Positions 1-9,482 of a DNA stretch of 64,000 nt are shown here, in pieces. Position 1 is the first letter of the stretch. The number at the start of each line of letters is the position of its first letter. This DNA is from Acidimicrobiales bacterium. Its GTDB lineage: Bacteria; Actinomycetota; Acidimicrobiia; Acidimicrobiales; Bog-793. Where the stretch lies: positions 118,614 to 182,613 of the forward strand of contig JBEKBX010000002.1 of the NCBI GenBank assembly GCA_050015175.1. Reading direction: 5' to 3'. A program made the position numbers and the translations under genes. A model generated the notes under the pieces. It had not been told where the DNA came from. It ran no database searches and saw nothing but the letters and a program-made list of their open reading frames with translations.

Positions 1-122
1 CGGAAAGTCGGCTCGTCATTGGCGTCGAGCGCCGCCACCAGCTTCTTGTCGAGCTCCTCCAGCGCGGCGACCTGGCTCTCCTGGAGCTCGTACTGGCCTT
101 CTCCGAGAATGCGCACGATCAT
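1..122 (-). CDS. PspA-associated small protein (PspAA-like), N-terminal part only; runs off the left edge
   Basis: Reverse-strand reading from the ATG at 122 gives MIVRILGEGQYELQESQVAALEELDKKLVAALDANDEPTF. This resembles the conserved N-terminus of the small protein that follows pspA in actinobacterial psp loci. Its ATG overlaps the pspA stop (ATGA at 119-122). It is absent from the ORF track because no stop lies inside the window. Confidence 0.5.
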   Translation of the reverse strand, partial: MIVRILGEGQYELQESQVAALEELDKKLVAALDANDEPTF

Positions 123-967
123 GACGCACTTCCCGCATCGTCGAGGGAGAACGGGTCGGCCGGTGCGGTGGGTGCTCCCGTGGCCGGCTCGTCGTGCACG
201 AGCTCGCCGTCGACCGGCTCGTCGGCGGCCGCGTTGCCGGTGCCGAGCTCGCCGCTCGGTGCGGCCGCCGGTGGATTGAGCTCGGACTTCATCTGAGCGA
301 GCTGAAGTTGCACGTCGCTCGAGGCGGCCGCCTTGTCGAGCTCAGCCTGGATCGGGTCCGAGGACCCGGACAGGTCCGTGAGCGTCCCGGAGGCGAGGAG
401 CTCGTCGACCGCGCCCGCCCGTGCCTGCATCTGCGCGATCTTGTCCTGGGCCCGTTGCATGGCGAGTCCCGTGTCGCTCATCGACTCCGAGATCCCCGAG
501 ACGGCTTCGCCGATGCGTGTCTGTGCCTGAGCCGCCGTGTAGGAGGCTTTCAGCGTCTCCTTCTGGGTGCGGAAGGCCTCGACGCGCGCCTGGAGCTGCT
601 GGGTGGTCGCCTCGAGGCGCTCCTGCTGTTGTGCCAACTGCTCGTGCTGGGTCTTCAGGCCCTCGAGCTGCGTGGCGATCCCGGACCGCCGGGTGAGAGC
701 CTGGGTGGCCAGGTCCTCGCGGTTTTGCGCCAGTGCCTGGCGGGCCTGGGCCTGCAGCTTGGCGGCGGCCTGCTGCAGTTGCTGGGCCTGCAGCTCGATG
801 CGCTTCTTGGCTGTCGCGACGTCGGCCAGGCCCCGCTTTACCTGTTGCAGCTGCTCGATCTGCTTCTCATAGGAGAGATCGAGCGTTTCGCGGGGATCTT
901 CCGCTTTGTCTAAGACCTTGTTTGCCTTGGCCTGGACGATGTTCGTCAGGCGCTTCATCACACCCAT
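119..967 (-). CDS. pspA: PspA/IM30 family membrane-stress protein
   Basis: Track ORF 119..1120 trimmed to the ATG at 967 (MGVMKRLTNIVQAKANKVLDKAEDPRETLDLSYEKQIEQLQ), a typical PspA N-terminus. It is followed by a long Q/A/L-rich coiled coil and an acidic P/A/G-rich tail. The upstream 51 codons are not protein-like. Confidence 0.85.
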   Translation of the reverse strand: MGVMKRLTNIVQAKANKVLDKAEDPRETLDLSYEKQIEQLQQVKRGLADVATAKKRIELQAQQLQQAAAKLQAQARQALAQNREDLATQALTRRSGIATQLEGLKTQHEQLAQQQERLEATTQQLQARVEAFRTQKETLKASYTAAQAQTRIGEAVSGISESMSDTGLAMQRAQDKIAQMQARAGAVDELLASGTLTDLSGSSDPIQAELDKAAASSDVQLQLAQMKSELNPPAAAPSGELGTGNAAADEPVDGELVHDEPATGAPTAPADPFSLDDAGSAS

Positions 968-1046
968 TTGCGCTCCCTTGACAGTCTTGTCCTCAGCATA
1001 GGCGGGTCGAAGGCTCCAGCTCGCCGCGCCACTAGGGTGGCCAGCC

Positions 1047-1916
1047 ATGGACGACCAGCTCTGCATCCTGAGCGTGCACGCGCATCCCGACGACGAGGCG
1101 TCCAAGGGCGCCGGGACCATCGCGAAGTATCACGCCGCAGGTGTTCACACGGTTCTTGTGACCTGCACGGGCGGTGAGGAAGGCGACATCCTCAACCCCA
1201 TCATGGACACCCCTGAGGTAAGAGCCGACATCGCCGGGGTCCGTCGCCGCGAGCTGGACCAGGCCGCCGAGATCATCGGCTACACCGAGGTCGTCCTGCT
1301 CGGCTACCGCGACTCGGGCATGCCGGGCTCGAAGGCGAACTCGGACCCGCGTGCCTTCGCCGCCCACCCGCTCGACGAGACCGTCGAGCGCCTCGTCGCC
1401 GAGATCCGCAGGGTACGCCCGCAGGTGATCATCACCTACGGCGACGACCGCGATCGCTACCCTCACCCCGACCACATCCGGGTGCACGAGATATCTGTGG
1501 CGGCCTTCGACGCCGCAGGCGACGAGGCGGCCTTCCCTGGCGCGGGGGAGCCGTATCAGCCTTTGAAGATGTACTTCACGGTCTGGTCCCACGCGCGGAT
1601 CGTGGCCACGCATGCCAAGTTCCTCGAGCTCGGCATGGAATCGCCCTTCGACGAGAGCTGGCTGGAACGCCCCAGTGACGACGACAAGATCACGACGTCG
1701 ATCGACCTGACGGGCTTCGAGGACGTCCGCCGGCTGGCGCTCTTGGCGCACGCTACACAGGTCGACCCGACTTCGAAGTACTGGTTCGGGCTACCTCCCG
1801 AGATAATGAGGACGATCCATCCCCAGGACGACTACATCCTGGCGCGCAGCCTCGTCGGCACGGACCTTCCCGAGGACGATCTGTTCGCAGGGGTGCGGCA
1901 CCCGGCGAGCCGGTAG
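1047..1916 (+). CDS. mca: Mycothiol S-conjugate amidase (LmbE/PIG-L deacetylase family)
   Basis: 289 aa with VHAHPDDEASKGAG, TGGEEGDILNP, YPHPDHIRVHE and AHATQVDP. It resembles mycobacterial Mca end to end. The Mca versus MshB call rests on length and the C-terminal region. Confidence 0.85.
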   Translation: MDDQLCILSVHAHPDDEASKGAGTIAKYHAAGVHTVLVTCTGGEEGDILNPIMDTPEVRADIAGVRRRELDQAAEIIGYTEVVLLGYRDSGMPGSKANSDPRAFAAHPLDETVERLVAEIRRVRPQVIITYGDDRDRYPHPDHIRVHEISVAAFDAAGDEAAFPGAGEPYQPLKMYFTVWSHARIVATHAKFLELGMESPFDESWLERPSDDDKITTSIDLTGFEDVRRLALLAHATQVDPTSKYWFGLPPEIMRTIHPQDDYILARSLVGTDLPEDDLFAGVRHPASR

Positions 1917-1989
1917 CATCCGCCCGCGGCAAGGATGTAAGCACACGCGGTGCCGGCGGAGACGCCACCGGCGTACTGAGGAGGATGAC

Positions 1990-2376
1990 ATGGCCAAGTG
2001 GCTGACCCAGGAGTGGCTCGACGAGGGAAAGAAGCTTGCCGAGGGCCAGCCGGAGCGCCCGGGGGCTTCCGCGAGACTGCAGTACGTCATCACCGGCGGA
2101 CCCGAAGGCGACATCCGCTACTACTGGGTGCTCGAGAACGGGAAGCTCCTCGAATCGCGCCTAGGCGAGCTGCCCGATGCCGAGGTGACCCTCACGGAGA
2201 GCTACGACGACGCCATGCGCATCCAGAAGAACGAGCTCGACGCGAACGCCGCGTTCATGCAGGGACGTGTGAAGGTCACAGGCAACATGGCGAAGCTCAT
2301 GGCGTTGCTGCCGATCACGAACTCGGCGGAGTACAAGCAGCTCCAGCTCGACACCTTGGAGATCACCGAGTTCTGA
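1990..2376 (+). CDS. SCP2 sterol-carrier-like domain protein
   Basis: 128 aa. The segment AAFMQGRVKVTGNMAKLMALLP matches the SCP2 C-terminal signature. Confidence 0.7.
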   Translation: MAKWLTQEWLDEGKKLAEGQPERPGASARLQYVITGGPEGDIRYYWVLENGKLLESRLGELPDAEVTLTESYDDAMRIQKNELDANAAFMQGRVKVTGNMAKLMALLPITNSAEYKQLQLDTLEITEF

Positions 2377-2427
2377 TCCCTCGTCCACGCTTGCGCCGCA
2401 GCGCGGCGTGCGTGCGGGCCGGCACGT

Positions 2428-3342
2428 TCAACGAACGCGCATCAGCTCCCTGAGCGCTCGGTAGCCGAGGAGCTTCACTCCGGTCGCGTCGACCGCTTCG
2501 GCCAGCGCCGCCTTGCTCGCTAGCAGCCCACGGTCGGCCGTGCGCTCCTGCCAGTCGGGCGCCGCGGCCCGGAGCTCGGGCGTGTCGAGTGCCGGCCGCA
2601 GGCAGACCTCGGTTACCCCGGGCTCGAGGGCGCCGAGCAGCCTTGCCAGTTGCGTCTTCAGGTTGGAGTCGTCGGCCTCGGGGACGCCGAAGGCCGGCCG
2701 TCCGGGCGCATGGCCGGCGGGCTCGCCGGTCAGGATGACACGATCGGGTGACACGACCCCGCGCTCGGCGGCCAGGGAGCGGAACGGGAATCCGGCAAGG
2801 CGCTGCGCGCCGGCGTCCGGCAGGCGCAGCGGCAGGCGGAAATCCTCGGCCAGGTCCAGGAAGACGTCGAAGAATTCAGGCTTGAGCTGGACGGCGTCCA
2901 GGTGGGCATCGAGATGGCTCACATCGAATCCCCAGTAGATGGCCCGCTCGAGCTGAGCCCGGCACTCCCGGCGCACCTCGTCGAGATCCGCGTGGTCCCA
3001 GAGGTCGGCCGGCGTCCGCGGGAAGCCTCCGTCTCCGTCGAGAAGGGACGGCGCGTGGGTGATCGGTCCCCAGCGGTACAGATCGTGCTCGGCGTTGAGC
3101 GTGAGACCCACGCCGACGTCTTCTCCCCGGTACTGTGCCGCAGCGCCTCGTGCCCAGGGTGCCGGGACCATCAGCGTCGCAGTCGTGGCGGTTCCGGTAC
3201 GCAGTGCTTCGTATGTGGCGACGTTCCCGGCGTGGAACACTCCCAGCTCGGCACACTTGAGCACGAGCACGCGGTCGTCGGGTCCGTAACCGAGTCGCTC
3301 AACGAGTGCAGTCACCGGATTGACGGTAGCCGCAGTGCGCAT
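2428..3342 (-). CDS. ChbG/YdjC-family carbohydrate deacetylase-like protein
   Basis: Track ORF 2428..3720 trimmed to the ATG at 3342 (305 aa). It shows a YdjC-like layout including FDVSHLDAHLDAVQ. The discarded N-terminal part overlaps the opposite-strand SPFH gene. Confidence 0.7.
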   Translation of the reverse strand: MRTAATVNPVTALVERLGYGPDDRVLVLKCAELGVFHAGNVATYEALRTGTATTATLMVPAPWARGAAAQYRGEDVGVGLTLNAEHDLYRWGPITHAPSLLDGDGGFPRTPADLWDHADLDEVRRECRAQLERAIYWGFDVSHLDAHLDAVQLKPEFFDVFLDLAEDFRLPLRLPDAGAQRLAGFPFRSLAAERGVVSPDRVILTGEPAGHAPGRPAFGVPEADDSNLKTQLARLLGALEPGVTEVCLRPALDTPELRAAAPDWQERTADRGLLASKAALAEAVDATGVKLLGYRALRELMRVR

Positions 3343-3436
3343 GTCAGCCGACAAATGCCAAGCTGAGTTCGCCGAGCCGGAGCGCACAGGACAGACCACC
3401 TGCTCGCACGGACGAGGAAAGTGGCACACTGACGCG

Positions 3437-4393
3437 ATGGTGTTCTCAGGCATTCTGGCCTCGGGCGACCTCGTTGGCGGGATCGTCGCAGGCGTGATCG
3501 TCCTGGCGATCGTGGTGATGATCGTCTCCCGTTCGTTCCTGACGGTGGTGACGGAGTACCAGCGGGCGGTGTTCTTCCGTTTCGGGCGAATCCGTGCGCA
3601 GGCCAAGGGCCCGGGCCTGATCTTCCGCATTCCCGCAGTCGACAGGGTCGTCAAGGTGAACCTCCGGGTCGAAGTCGTCGACATCCCCCCGCAGTCAGCG
3701 ATCACTGCCGACAACGTCACCTTGCAAGTCGATGCTGTCGTCTATTTCCGGGTCGACGACCCCGTCAGGGCCATCGTCGGAGTGGACAACTTCCGGCTTG
3801 CCAGCCAGCGCATCGCCATGACGAGCCTGCGTTCGATCATCGGCCGCCACGAGCTGGACAATCTCCTCGCCCACAGGGAGGACATCAACAACGAGCTCAA
3901 GGCCCAGATCGCGCTGTCGACCCAGGGTTTCGGCGTCGAGGTGCACGAGGTCCAGATCCGCGACATCTCCCTCCCAGGCGAGCTAGTGCGGGCGATGTCC
4001 CGGCAAGCTGAGGCGGAACGGGAGCGCCGGGCCAAGGTGATCGCCGCGACCGGCGAGCTCGAGGCTTCGAGAGAGCTGTCGGAGGCGGCGACGATGCTCG
4101 CTTCTTCCCCGGGTTCGATGCAGCTGCGGTCGCTGCAGACCCTTGCGGAGGTCGCGACCGAGCACAACTCCACGTTGATCTTCCCCATCCCGATCGAGCT
4201 GCTCGAGTTCATGAGGCGGCCCGGCGCGGTCGACGGCGTCAGCCCATTTGCCGTGCCCCCTCCGACTCCGGCCTCGCCGCCCGCGGCCGCAGGGCCCTCC
4301 TTCCCGGCAGCTGTCGCGCCCATTCCGGGTGCCGCCGCGGAGCTCGGTACTCCCGCGCCGGCTGAAGACAGGACGGGCAGCCCGTCGGCCTGA
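3437..4393 (+). CDS. SPFH/band-7 (stomatin-like) membrane protein
   Basis: Trimmed to the ATG at 3437. It has an N-terminal TM helix (GGIVAGVIVLAIVVMIV), an SPFH core (EYQRAVFFRFGR, GPGLIFRIP, RAMSRQAEAERERRAKVI) and a P/A-rich tail. Confidence 0.85.
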   Translation: MVFSGILASGDLVGGIVAGVIVLAIVVMIVSRSFLTVVTEYQRAVFFRFGRIRAQAKGPGLIFRIPAVDRVVKVNLRVEVVDIPPQSAITADNVTLQVDAVVYFRVDDPVRAIVGVDNFRLASQRIAMTSLRSIIGRHELDNLLAHREDINNELKAQIALSTQGFGVEVHEVQIRDISLPGELVRAMSRQAEAERERRAKVIAATGELEASRELSEAATMLASSPGSMQLRSLQTLAEVATEHNSTLIFPIPIELLEFMRRPGAVDGVSPFAVPPPTPASPPAAAGPSFPAAVAPIPGAAAELGTPAPAEDRTGSPSA

Positions 4394-4452
4394 GGCGGAC
4401 GGAGGCGATCGGGTACCGCCCTTTTTTGAGACGAGGTGGTTGGGCGCGGCCC

Positions 4453-5007
4453 TCACGTGCCCGATCGGCGGGCGGGCCTGCGGTCGAGGGGGACGATTCG
4501 CCTGCCCAATCGGCCGAGCGCCAAGCCGATCGCAACGCCCCCGACGACGTCGGAGGCGTGATGGATCTTCGTGTGGATACGGCTGAGTGCCACCACGGTC
4601 GCCAGTGCGTAGTAGGCCGGAGCCAACTTCTCGTCCTCCGCGAGCAGAGTCGCGGCGCAGAACGCGGCAGTGGCGTGGCCGGAAGGGAAGCTCGACGTGA
4701 TGGGCTGGCGGAACGGCAGCGGGTGAGCCTCCATGGGCCTGGGGCGTCGTCTTCGGAACAGGGATTTCACCCCGATATTGACCAGAACCGACTCGATTCC
4801 GGTCGCGACGATGGCGCGCAGTCCTGCACGGGTGTCGCCGGGACGGCCGCGAAGGATCCGCACAAGACCGAGCGCGGTCCAGAGCAGCCCGAAGTCGCCC
4901 AGTGCCGTGGCGGTGTAGAAGAGGCGATCCGCGATCCGGTTGCCGCGCAACTGGGCGAAGGCCTCGTCGACTCGCGCGTCGAGCGATTTGACGAACGGGC
5001 GAATCAA
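4453..5007 (-). CDS. PAP2-family phosphatase
   Basis: 184 aa with a TTG start. It carries the three PAP2 motifs KSLFRRRRP, PSGH and SRIHTKIHHASD. Its start overlaps the upstream gene's stop. Confidence 0.8.
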   Translation of the reverse strand: MIRPFVKSLDARVDEAFAQLRGNRIADRLFYTATALGDFGLLWTALGLVRILRGRPGDTRAGLRAIVATGIESVLVNIGVKSLFRRRRPRPMEAHPLPFRQPITSSFPSGHATAAFCAATLLAEDEKLAPAYYALATVVALSRIHTKIHHASDVVGGVAIGLALGRLGRRIVPLDRRPARRSGT

Positions 5008-5936
5008 GCTGACAAGCTTTCCGCCCCGAGGGTGGCGGCCTCCAACGCCGGAGAGCCGGGCTTCGTCAACGGGACCGCTGCGATTTCGGCTGTGCCCAGC
5101 TCTGACGCCGCCAGAGTTGGGTCACCTCCGAAGGAGGGGCAGTAAGCCTGGTAGGCGCAGAAACGACACAGGCTCGACGGGTTGGGCCGGAAATCGCACT
5201 CCCTGCACGCCCGTTCGATGGCTGACCACACGCCGAGAGCCCGCTGGCGCGTGCCGCGCATTGCCTGATCTGTCGGTGCCGCCGAGATGACGATCCGGTC
5301 ACGCAGGTAGAGGAGACGGACGACCGATGGCCGTCTTCCCAGTTCGGCCTCGCACATGAGGGCGTACATTTGCACCCCGCTCAAGCGTGACCTGGACTGC
5401 TCGGTGCGCGGAGCGCGTCCGGTCTTGTAGTCGACGACCGCCAGGCTGCCGTCTTCCAGCTCGTCGAGGCGGTCGATGATGCCCCGCACCGTGACACCGT
5501 CGAGCTCCGTGCTCAGGTTCAGCTCGAGCCCGATCGCGTTCACGCCGTCCGGGTCCTCGAGCTCGAGGTAGCGGTCCACGAGCACACGCGCGTCTACAAG
5601 GAAGGCGATTGTCTCGGCCTCGTCGAGCTTGAGTCCCGCGAGCTCGTCGCCGTCCTGCAGCTCCCGCCAGGCTGCATCCAGGGTCTGCTGCGCCGCGGCC
5701 CTGCTCCGCGAGCCACGGGGGCGCTCGGTGAAGAGCAGCTCTAGCGCACGATGGACGAGCGTGCCTTTGAGCGCCGCAGGTGACGGCGGCTCCGGCAGGC
5801 GCTCGACGACCGAGAACCGGAACGCGAGCGGGCAATTCGTGAAGGCCGTGATCTTCGACGGAGAAAGTGTGCTCGGAAGCGGTAAGTCGGTGACCGGAGA
5901 GACCATTGCTGCCAGGCTACGCCGGGGGTGGGTCAA
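5004..5936 (-). CDS. RecB-family PD-(D/E)XK nuclease with a Cas4-like Cys cluster
   Basis: 310 aa. GIIDRLDELEDGSLAVVDYKTG is a D..(D/E)xK nuclease core. It has an N-terminal Cys (FTNCPLAF) plus C-terminal CRFCAYQAYC (CxxCx5C). The start may instead be the ATG at 5906. Confidence 0.7.
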   Translation of the reverse strand: MTHPRRSLAAMVSPVTDLPLPSTLSPSKITAFTNCPLAFRFSVVERLPEPPSPAALKGTLVHRALELLFTERPRGSRSRAAAQQTLDAAWRELQDGDELAGLKLDEAETIAFLVDARVLVDRYLELEDPDGVNAIGLELNLSTELDGVTVRGIIDRLDELEDGSLAVVDYKTGRAPRTEQSRSRLSGVQMYALMCEAELGRRPSVVRLLYLRDRIVISAAPTDQAMRGTRQRALGVWSAIERACRECDFRPNPSSLCRFCAYQAYCPSFGGDPTLAASELGTAEIAAVPLTKPGSPALEAATLGAESLSA

Positions 5937-6765
5937 GAGTTCGGATCACCGAGCTGGCGACGACGGACGGCTGCTCGAGCGGTCCGAAATGCCCGAGCCC
6001 GGGGACGACCTCGAGGCGGGCATCCGCGAGACGTGCCTCAAGCGGCTTGAGGGCGGCCGGGCCGAAGCTGTTGGTCTCGGCGCCGCATGCGAGCACGACG
6101 GGGCAGCCGACCGCGGCGAGTCGGGAGAAGGCCGGATGGCGCAAGCCGTTCTCGTACATGAGCGCCTCGTTCTCGCGCCTGCACCGGAGCCGGACACAGC
6201 CGTCGGGCAGGTCTTCGAAGCCGAATTCAACGTAGGCGGCAAGCGCCTCGGGGTGAAGTACGTTGAGAGGGGGCTTCGACGCGTAGTTGGCATAGGCCTC
6301 CTCCCGGGAGGCAAAGACCTCCCGACGTTGCCTGGCTCCCCGCGCGAGCGCTTCGGACGCTTTCGATGCCAGCGGGTCGTCGGAGCCGAACACGACCGGC
6401 TCGAAGCAGTACAGGGCCGAGAAGGTACCGGGACGCGCCTCCTCGGCCAACAGGAGGGCGGTGCCGCCGCAGGAATGGCCGATGCCCAGGGGCCCCTCGA
6501 GCCCGAACGAGTCGACGGCGGTCAGGACGTCAGTCCCGAAACCGACCCAGTCGAAGTCCAGGTCCGGTGGCACTCCGGACTCGCCGTGGCCACGCAGATC
6601 CAGTGCAAGGCAGTGGAGACGGGCTCCGAGACCACGTGCCAGCGGGCCGAGCACGTGAGCGTGGAAGCCGGTCGCGTGTACGAGCAGGGCAGGCGGCCCG
6701 TCACCTCCGAGGTCGTGCAGGGCAACGGCTACGCCATCGGGGGTCGTGGCTCGGGCGGGCTGCAC
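5917..6765 (-). CDS. Alpha/beta hydrolase
   Basis: 282 aa with the oxyanion HATGFH region, LDLRGHGES, and the nucleophile elbow GIGHSCGG. Confidence 0.8.
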   Translation of the reverse strand: MQPARATTPDGVAVALHDLGGDGPPALLVHATGFHAHVLGPLARGLGARLHCLALDLRGHGESGVPPDLDFDWVGFGTDVLTAVDSFGLEGPLGIGHSCGGTALLLAEEARPGTFSALYCFEPVVFGSDDPLASKASEALARGARQRREVFASREEAYANYASKPPLNVLHPEALAAYVEFGFEDLPDGCVRLRCRRENEALMYENGLRHPAFSRLAAVGCPVVLACGAETNSFGPAALKPLEARLADARLEVVPGLGHFGPLEQPSVVASSVIRTLDPPPA

Positions 6766-6838
6766 TGGGCTGCAGGCTAACCACTGGCGCCTGGCGCGAT
6801 GGCGACCAAGGCGACGGAGCGGCTAGAAAGAGCGAACT

Positions 6839-7441
6839 GTGCAGCACCTTCTCTCGTCCTGGGGCTATCTCGCGCTCCTGCTTCTGACCTTCGCCGAAGC
6901 GGCCTGCGTGCCGATCCCCTCCGAGGTGACGCTTGGCTACGCCGGGTACCTGGCCTCGACCGGCAGGCTCGACGTCGCGGCGGTGATCGTTCTCGCCGTC
7001 TGCGGAGAGCTCCTCGGCTCGTTCGTGGGCTGGTCCATCGGCCGCTTCGGCGGGCGTCCCCTCGTGGAGAAGTTGGGCCGCTACGTCCTGCTCACGAGCT
7101 CCGACCTGGACCGGACGGAACTCTGGTTCCGCAAGCGCGGTGAGCCGGCGGTCTTCTTCGGGCGCATCCTGCCCGTGGTGCGCACCTTCATATCGATCCC
7201 CGCCGGGATCGCGGAGATGGGCCTCGTGCGTTTCGGCGCGGCCACGTTGTCGGGAAGCGCCATCTGGTGCACGGCGATCGCCCTGGTCGGCTACGAGCTG
7301 GGCGGGGAGTGGACCAGGATCACCAAGGGCTTCAGTGCCGCGGGTTACGCGCTCGTCGCCCTCGTGGTCGTCGTGATCGTCGCCTTCGTCCTGCACCGCT
7401 ACGCAGCTGTGCGCCGCGAACGTGCCACGACCCGCCACTAG
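6839..7441 (+). CDS. DedA/SNARE-associated family membrane protein
   Basis: 200 aa with FAEAACVPIPSEV, FFGRILPVVRTFISIPAG and multiple TM segments. Confidence 0.85.
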   Translation: MQHLLSSWGYLALLLLTFAEAACVPIPSEVTLGYAGYLASTGRLDVAAVIVLAVCGELLGSFVGWSIGRFGGRPLVEKLGRYVLLTSSDLDRTELWFRKRGEPAVFFGRILPVVRTFISIPAGIAEMGLVRFGAATLSGSAIWCTAIALVGYELGGEWTRITKGFSAAGYALVALVVVVIVAFVLHRYAAVRRERATTRH

Positions 7442-7471
7442 CTGCGGTCCGGCAGTCCGACCGGGCTGAGC

Positions 7472-8545
7472 TCAGGCCTTAGGGCAGCGAGCCGCCGAAG
7501 CCTGCCCGGAGTTGGGGCTGACCTCGAGGCACGACTCGTCGACCGCCACGAAGTCCTTCGCCGGGATCTGCTTCATCATGTCGATGAGGGTGATCGGCCA
7601 CTGCGGGAAGGCGCTTCCCTGGAAGTACCAGTTGCTGCCGTTGTCGGCGAGTATCAGTCCGTAGTGCTGCATGGCCGTGATGATCACCGCTAGTTGACCG
7701 CAGTACGGTGACCCGGCTTTGCAGATGTCGGAGGCGCTGAAGCTGGCGCTCAACCGGAAACGTGCCCCCATGGGGGGATAGTCCGCACCGCAGGACCCGG
7801 CCTCGTGGCGAGCCGGCCAGATGTAGGCGTCGTCGGTGCACTCGGCCGTGAAGCGGATCGCGTGGTCGACCTTGCCGGCGAGCACCTCCTGGTACTTGAT
7901 GAGACCGGGCAGGATCGGGAGGCCGGCCGCATCGGCCGAGGTCCAGCTCGGCGGGCGGAGGGCGTTCGAGTTCAGGTTCCAGATGGCGCCCGAGCCGGCC
8001 GTGGAGGCCGTCTTGGACACGTAGTGCGCGTCCCATAGTTCGTACAGGACGCAGGTCGTCGGGTCGACCATGATGGCGTGCCGGTCTCCCGAGGCGTTGA
8101 GGCCTCCCTCGATCGGCGTGGTCGGGCCGAACGGGTAGGGGCCCCTGTCGCTCTCGTCGGCGTACTCGAAGCTCAGGTGGATGAAGGCCTGCGTCTCGGG
8201 GTTGATGACCGTCCACGGGATCCCATATGGGTAGCCGCCTTCATCGGGACCGAAGTCGGGATGGAGGTTCGTCGTGGAGGCGGCCATGTTCGCCATCCAG
8301 GTCGCGCTGTTCTTATTGACCGGAAGCTTGGAGATGTCCGTGTTCCAGACGTTGTTCGCTGGGAACATCTGGCAGTTCGGCGCGCCGGGCACGGCCGGCC
8401 CCTTTGGCGAGGTCGCCCGCGGGACGGCCGCCGCTCTGGCCGAGGAGGGCGCGATCGGGGCGCTCGCGAGGATCACGGGGAGGCAGGCGATGACGGCCAC
8501 CTGTCCCAGGTGGGTGTGCAGGCGCGATCGACCGAAGTAGTCCAT
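7472..8545 (-). CDS. Secreted conserved protein of unknown function
   Basis: 357 aa with an N-terminal signal-like segment (VAVIACLPVILASAPIAPSSARAAA). The mature part is Cys-containing and W/Y/P-rich (NCQMFPANNVWNTDISKLP, GDRHAIMVDPTTCVLYELWDA). I recognise no family. Confidence 0.6.
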   Translation of the reverse strand: MDYFGRSRLHTHLGQVAVIACLPVILASAPIAPSSARAAAVPRATSPKGPAVPGAPNCQMFPANNVWNTDISKLPVNKNSATWMANMAASTTNLHPDFGPDEGGYPYGIPWTVINPETQAFIHLSFEYADESDRGPYPFGPTTPIEGGLNASGDRHAIMVDPTTCVLYELWDAHYVSKTASTAGSGAIWNLNSNALRPPSWTSADAAGLPILPGLIKYQEVLAGKVDHAIRFTAECTDDAYIWPARHEAGSCGADYPPMGARFRLSASFSASDICKAGSPYCGQLAVIITAMQHYGLILADNGSNWYFQGSAFPQWPITLIDMMKQIPAKDFVAVDESCLEVSPNSGQASAARCPKA

Positions 8546-8638
8546 CTTCGGAGTATCGGCCCTCCCGGTGTCGCCTTGAGCCCTTCTTGCGGGTTCGGCC
8601 GCAGAGCCCTACGGTCAGCCCGAAGGAGGGATCCGACG

Positions 8639-9442
8639 ATGGACGAATTCGAGAAACTGACCGAGCAGGGAGCCGGCCCCCTCGCTCACCTCCTGGAGGA
8701 GGCTGTCGGGCTGGCCCGCCAGGCCGGCGAGCTCACGCTCGGCTACTTCCACTCGGCCGCTCTCGACGTCGAGCAGAAGAGTGACGGGTCGCCCGTGACC
8801 CAGGCTGATCGCCAAGCCGAGCGGCTCATCCGCGAGGAGCTCCAGCGGCGGCACCCTGGCGACGGGATCCTCGGGGAGGAGGAGGACGAGAAGCCAAGCG
8901 AGACCGGACGTCGGTGGATCGTCGACCCGATCGACGGCACACTGGCTTTCACGCACGGCGTGGGCCTGTACTCGAACCTGCTGGCCCTCGAGGACGAGCA
9001 AGGCATCGCCGTGGGCGTGATCAACGTGCCCGCTCTCGGCGAGACCGTTTACGCGGCGCGAGGGCTGGGCTGTTATTGCAACGGCGTACCTGCCCGGGTG
9101 AGCGAGTGCGATGAGCTCGCTGAGAGCTACCTGACCACGAGCAGCTTCGGCGAGTGGGACGAGACCGTGCTGCTGCGGGTGAGACGATCCGGTCTCGCAC
9201 TTCGCACTTGGGGCGACGGCTACGGCTACGCCCTGGTCGCGACCGGGAGGCTGGACGCGATGGCCGACTCATGGGCGCAGCCTTACGACATCGCCGCGAT
9301 GCCCGTGATCATCTCGGAGGCGGGCGGGCGGTTCACGGACTGGAGTGGTGCGCCGGGGTTCGAGGGCGGCTCCGGGCTCGCGACCAACGGGCGCATCCAC
9401 GATGCGCTCTTGAAGCTCTTGGGCAGCTCTCCCGGGCGATGA
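8639..9442 (+). CDS. Inositol-monophosphatase family phosphatase (HisN-like)
   Basis: Track ORF 8078..9442 trimmed to the ATG at 8639, which sits behind GAAGGAGGG. It has the IMPase motifs GEEE and WIVDPIDGT plus a C-terminal WD..A region. Confidence 0.75.
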   Translation: MDEFEKLTEQGAGPLAHLLEEAVGLARQAGELTLGYFHSAALDVEQKSDGSPVTQADRQAERLIREELQRRHPGDGILGEEEDEKPSETGRRWIVDPIDGTLAFTHGVGLYSNLLALEDEQGIAVGVINVPALGETVYAARGLGCYCNGVPARVSECDELAESYLTTSSFGEWDETVLLRVRRSGLALRTWGDGYGYALVATGRLDAMADSWAQPYDIAAMPVIISEAGGRFTDWSGAPGFEGGSGLATNGRIHDALLKLLGSSPGR

Positions 9443-9482
9443 AGGAGACGTCCGAGGTGATTCGCGGCCGTGAGGCAGTGCG

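Noticed and set aside
8078-8638. N-terminal extensions of several track ORFs taken at face value: 8078..9442, 2428..3720, 12441..14567, 17596..19101, 50310..52154, 53970..54971 and 62834..63943.
   Set aside because: The extended parts overlap neighbouring genes or are Arg-rich and non-protein-like. Family-typical N-termini begin at internal ATG/GTG codons, often with an RBS or a 4-nt overlap to the upstream stop, so the starts were moved.
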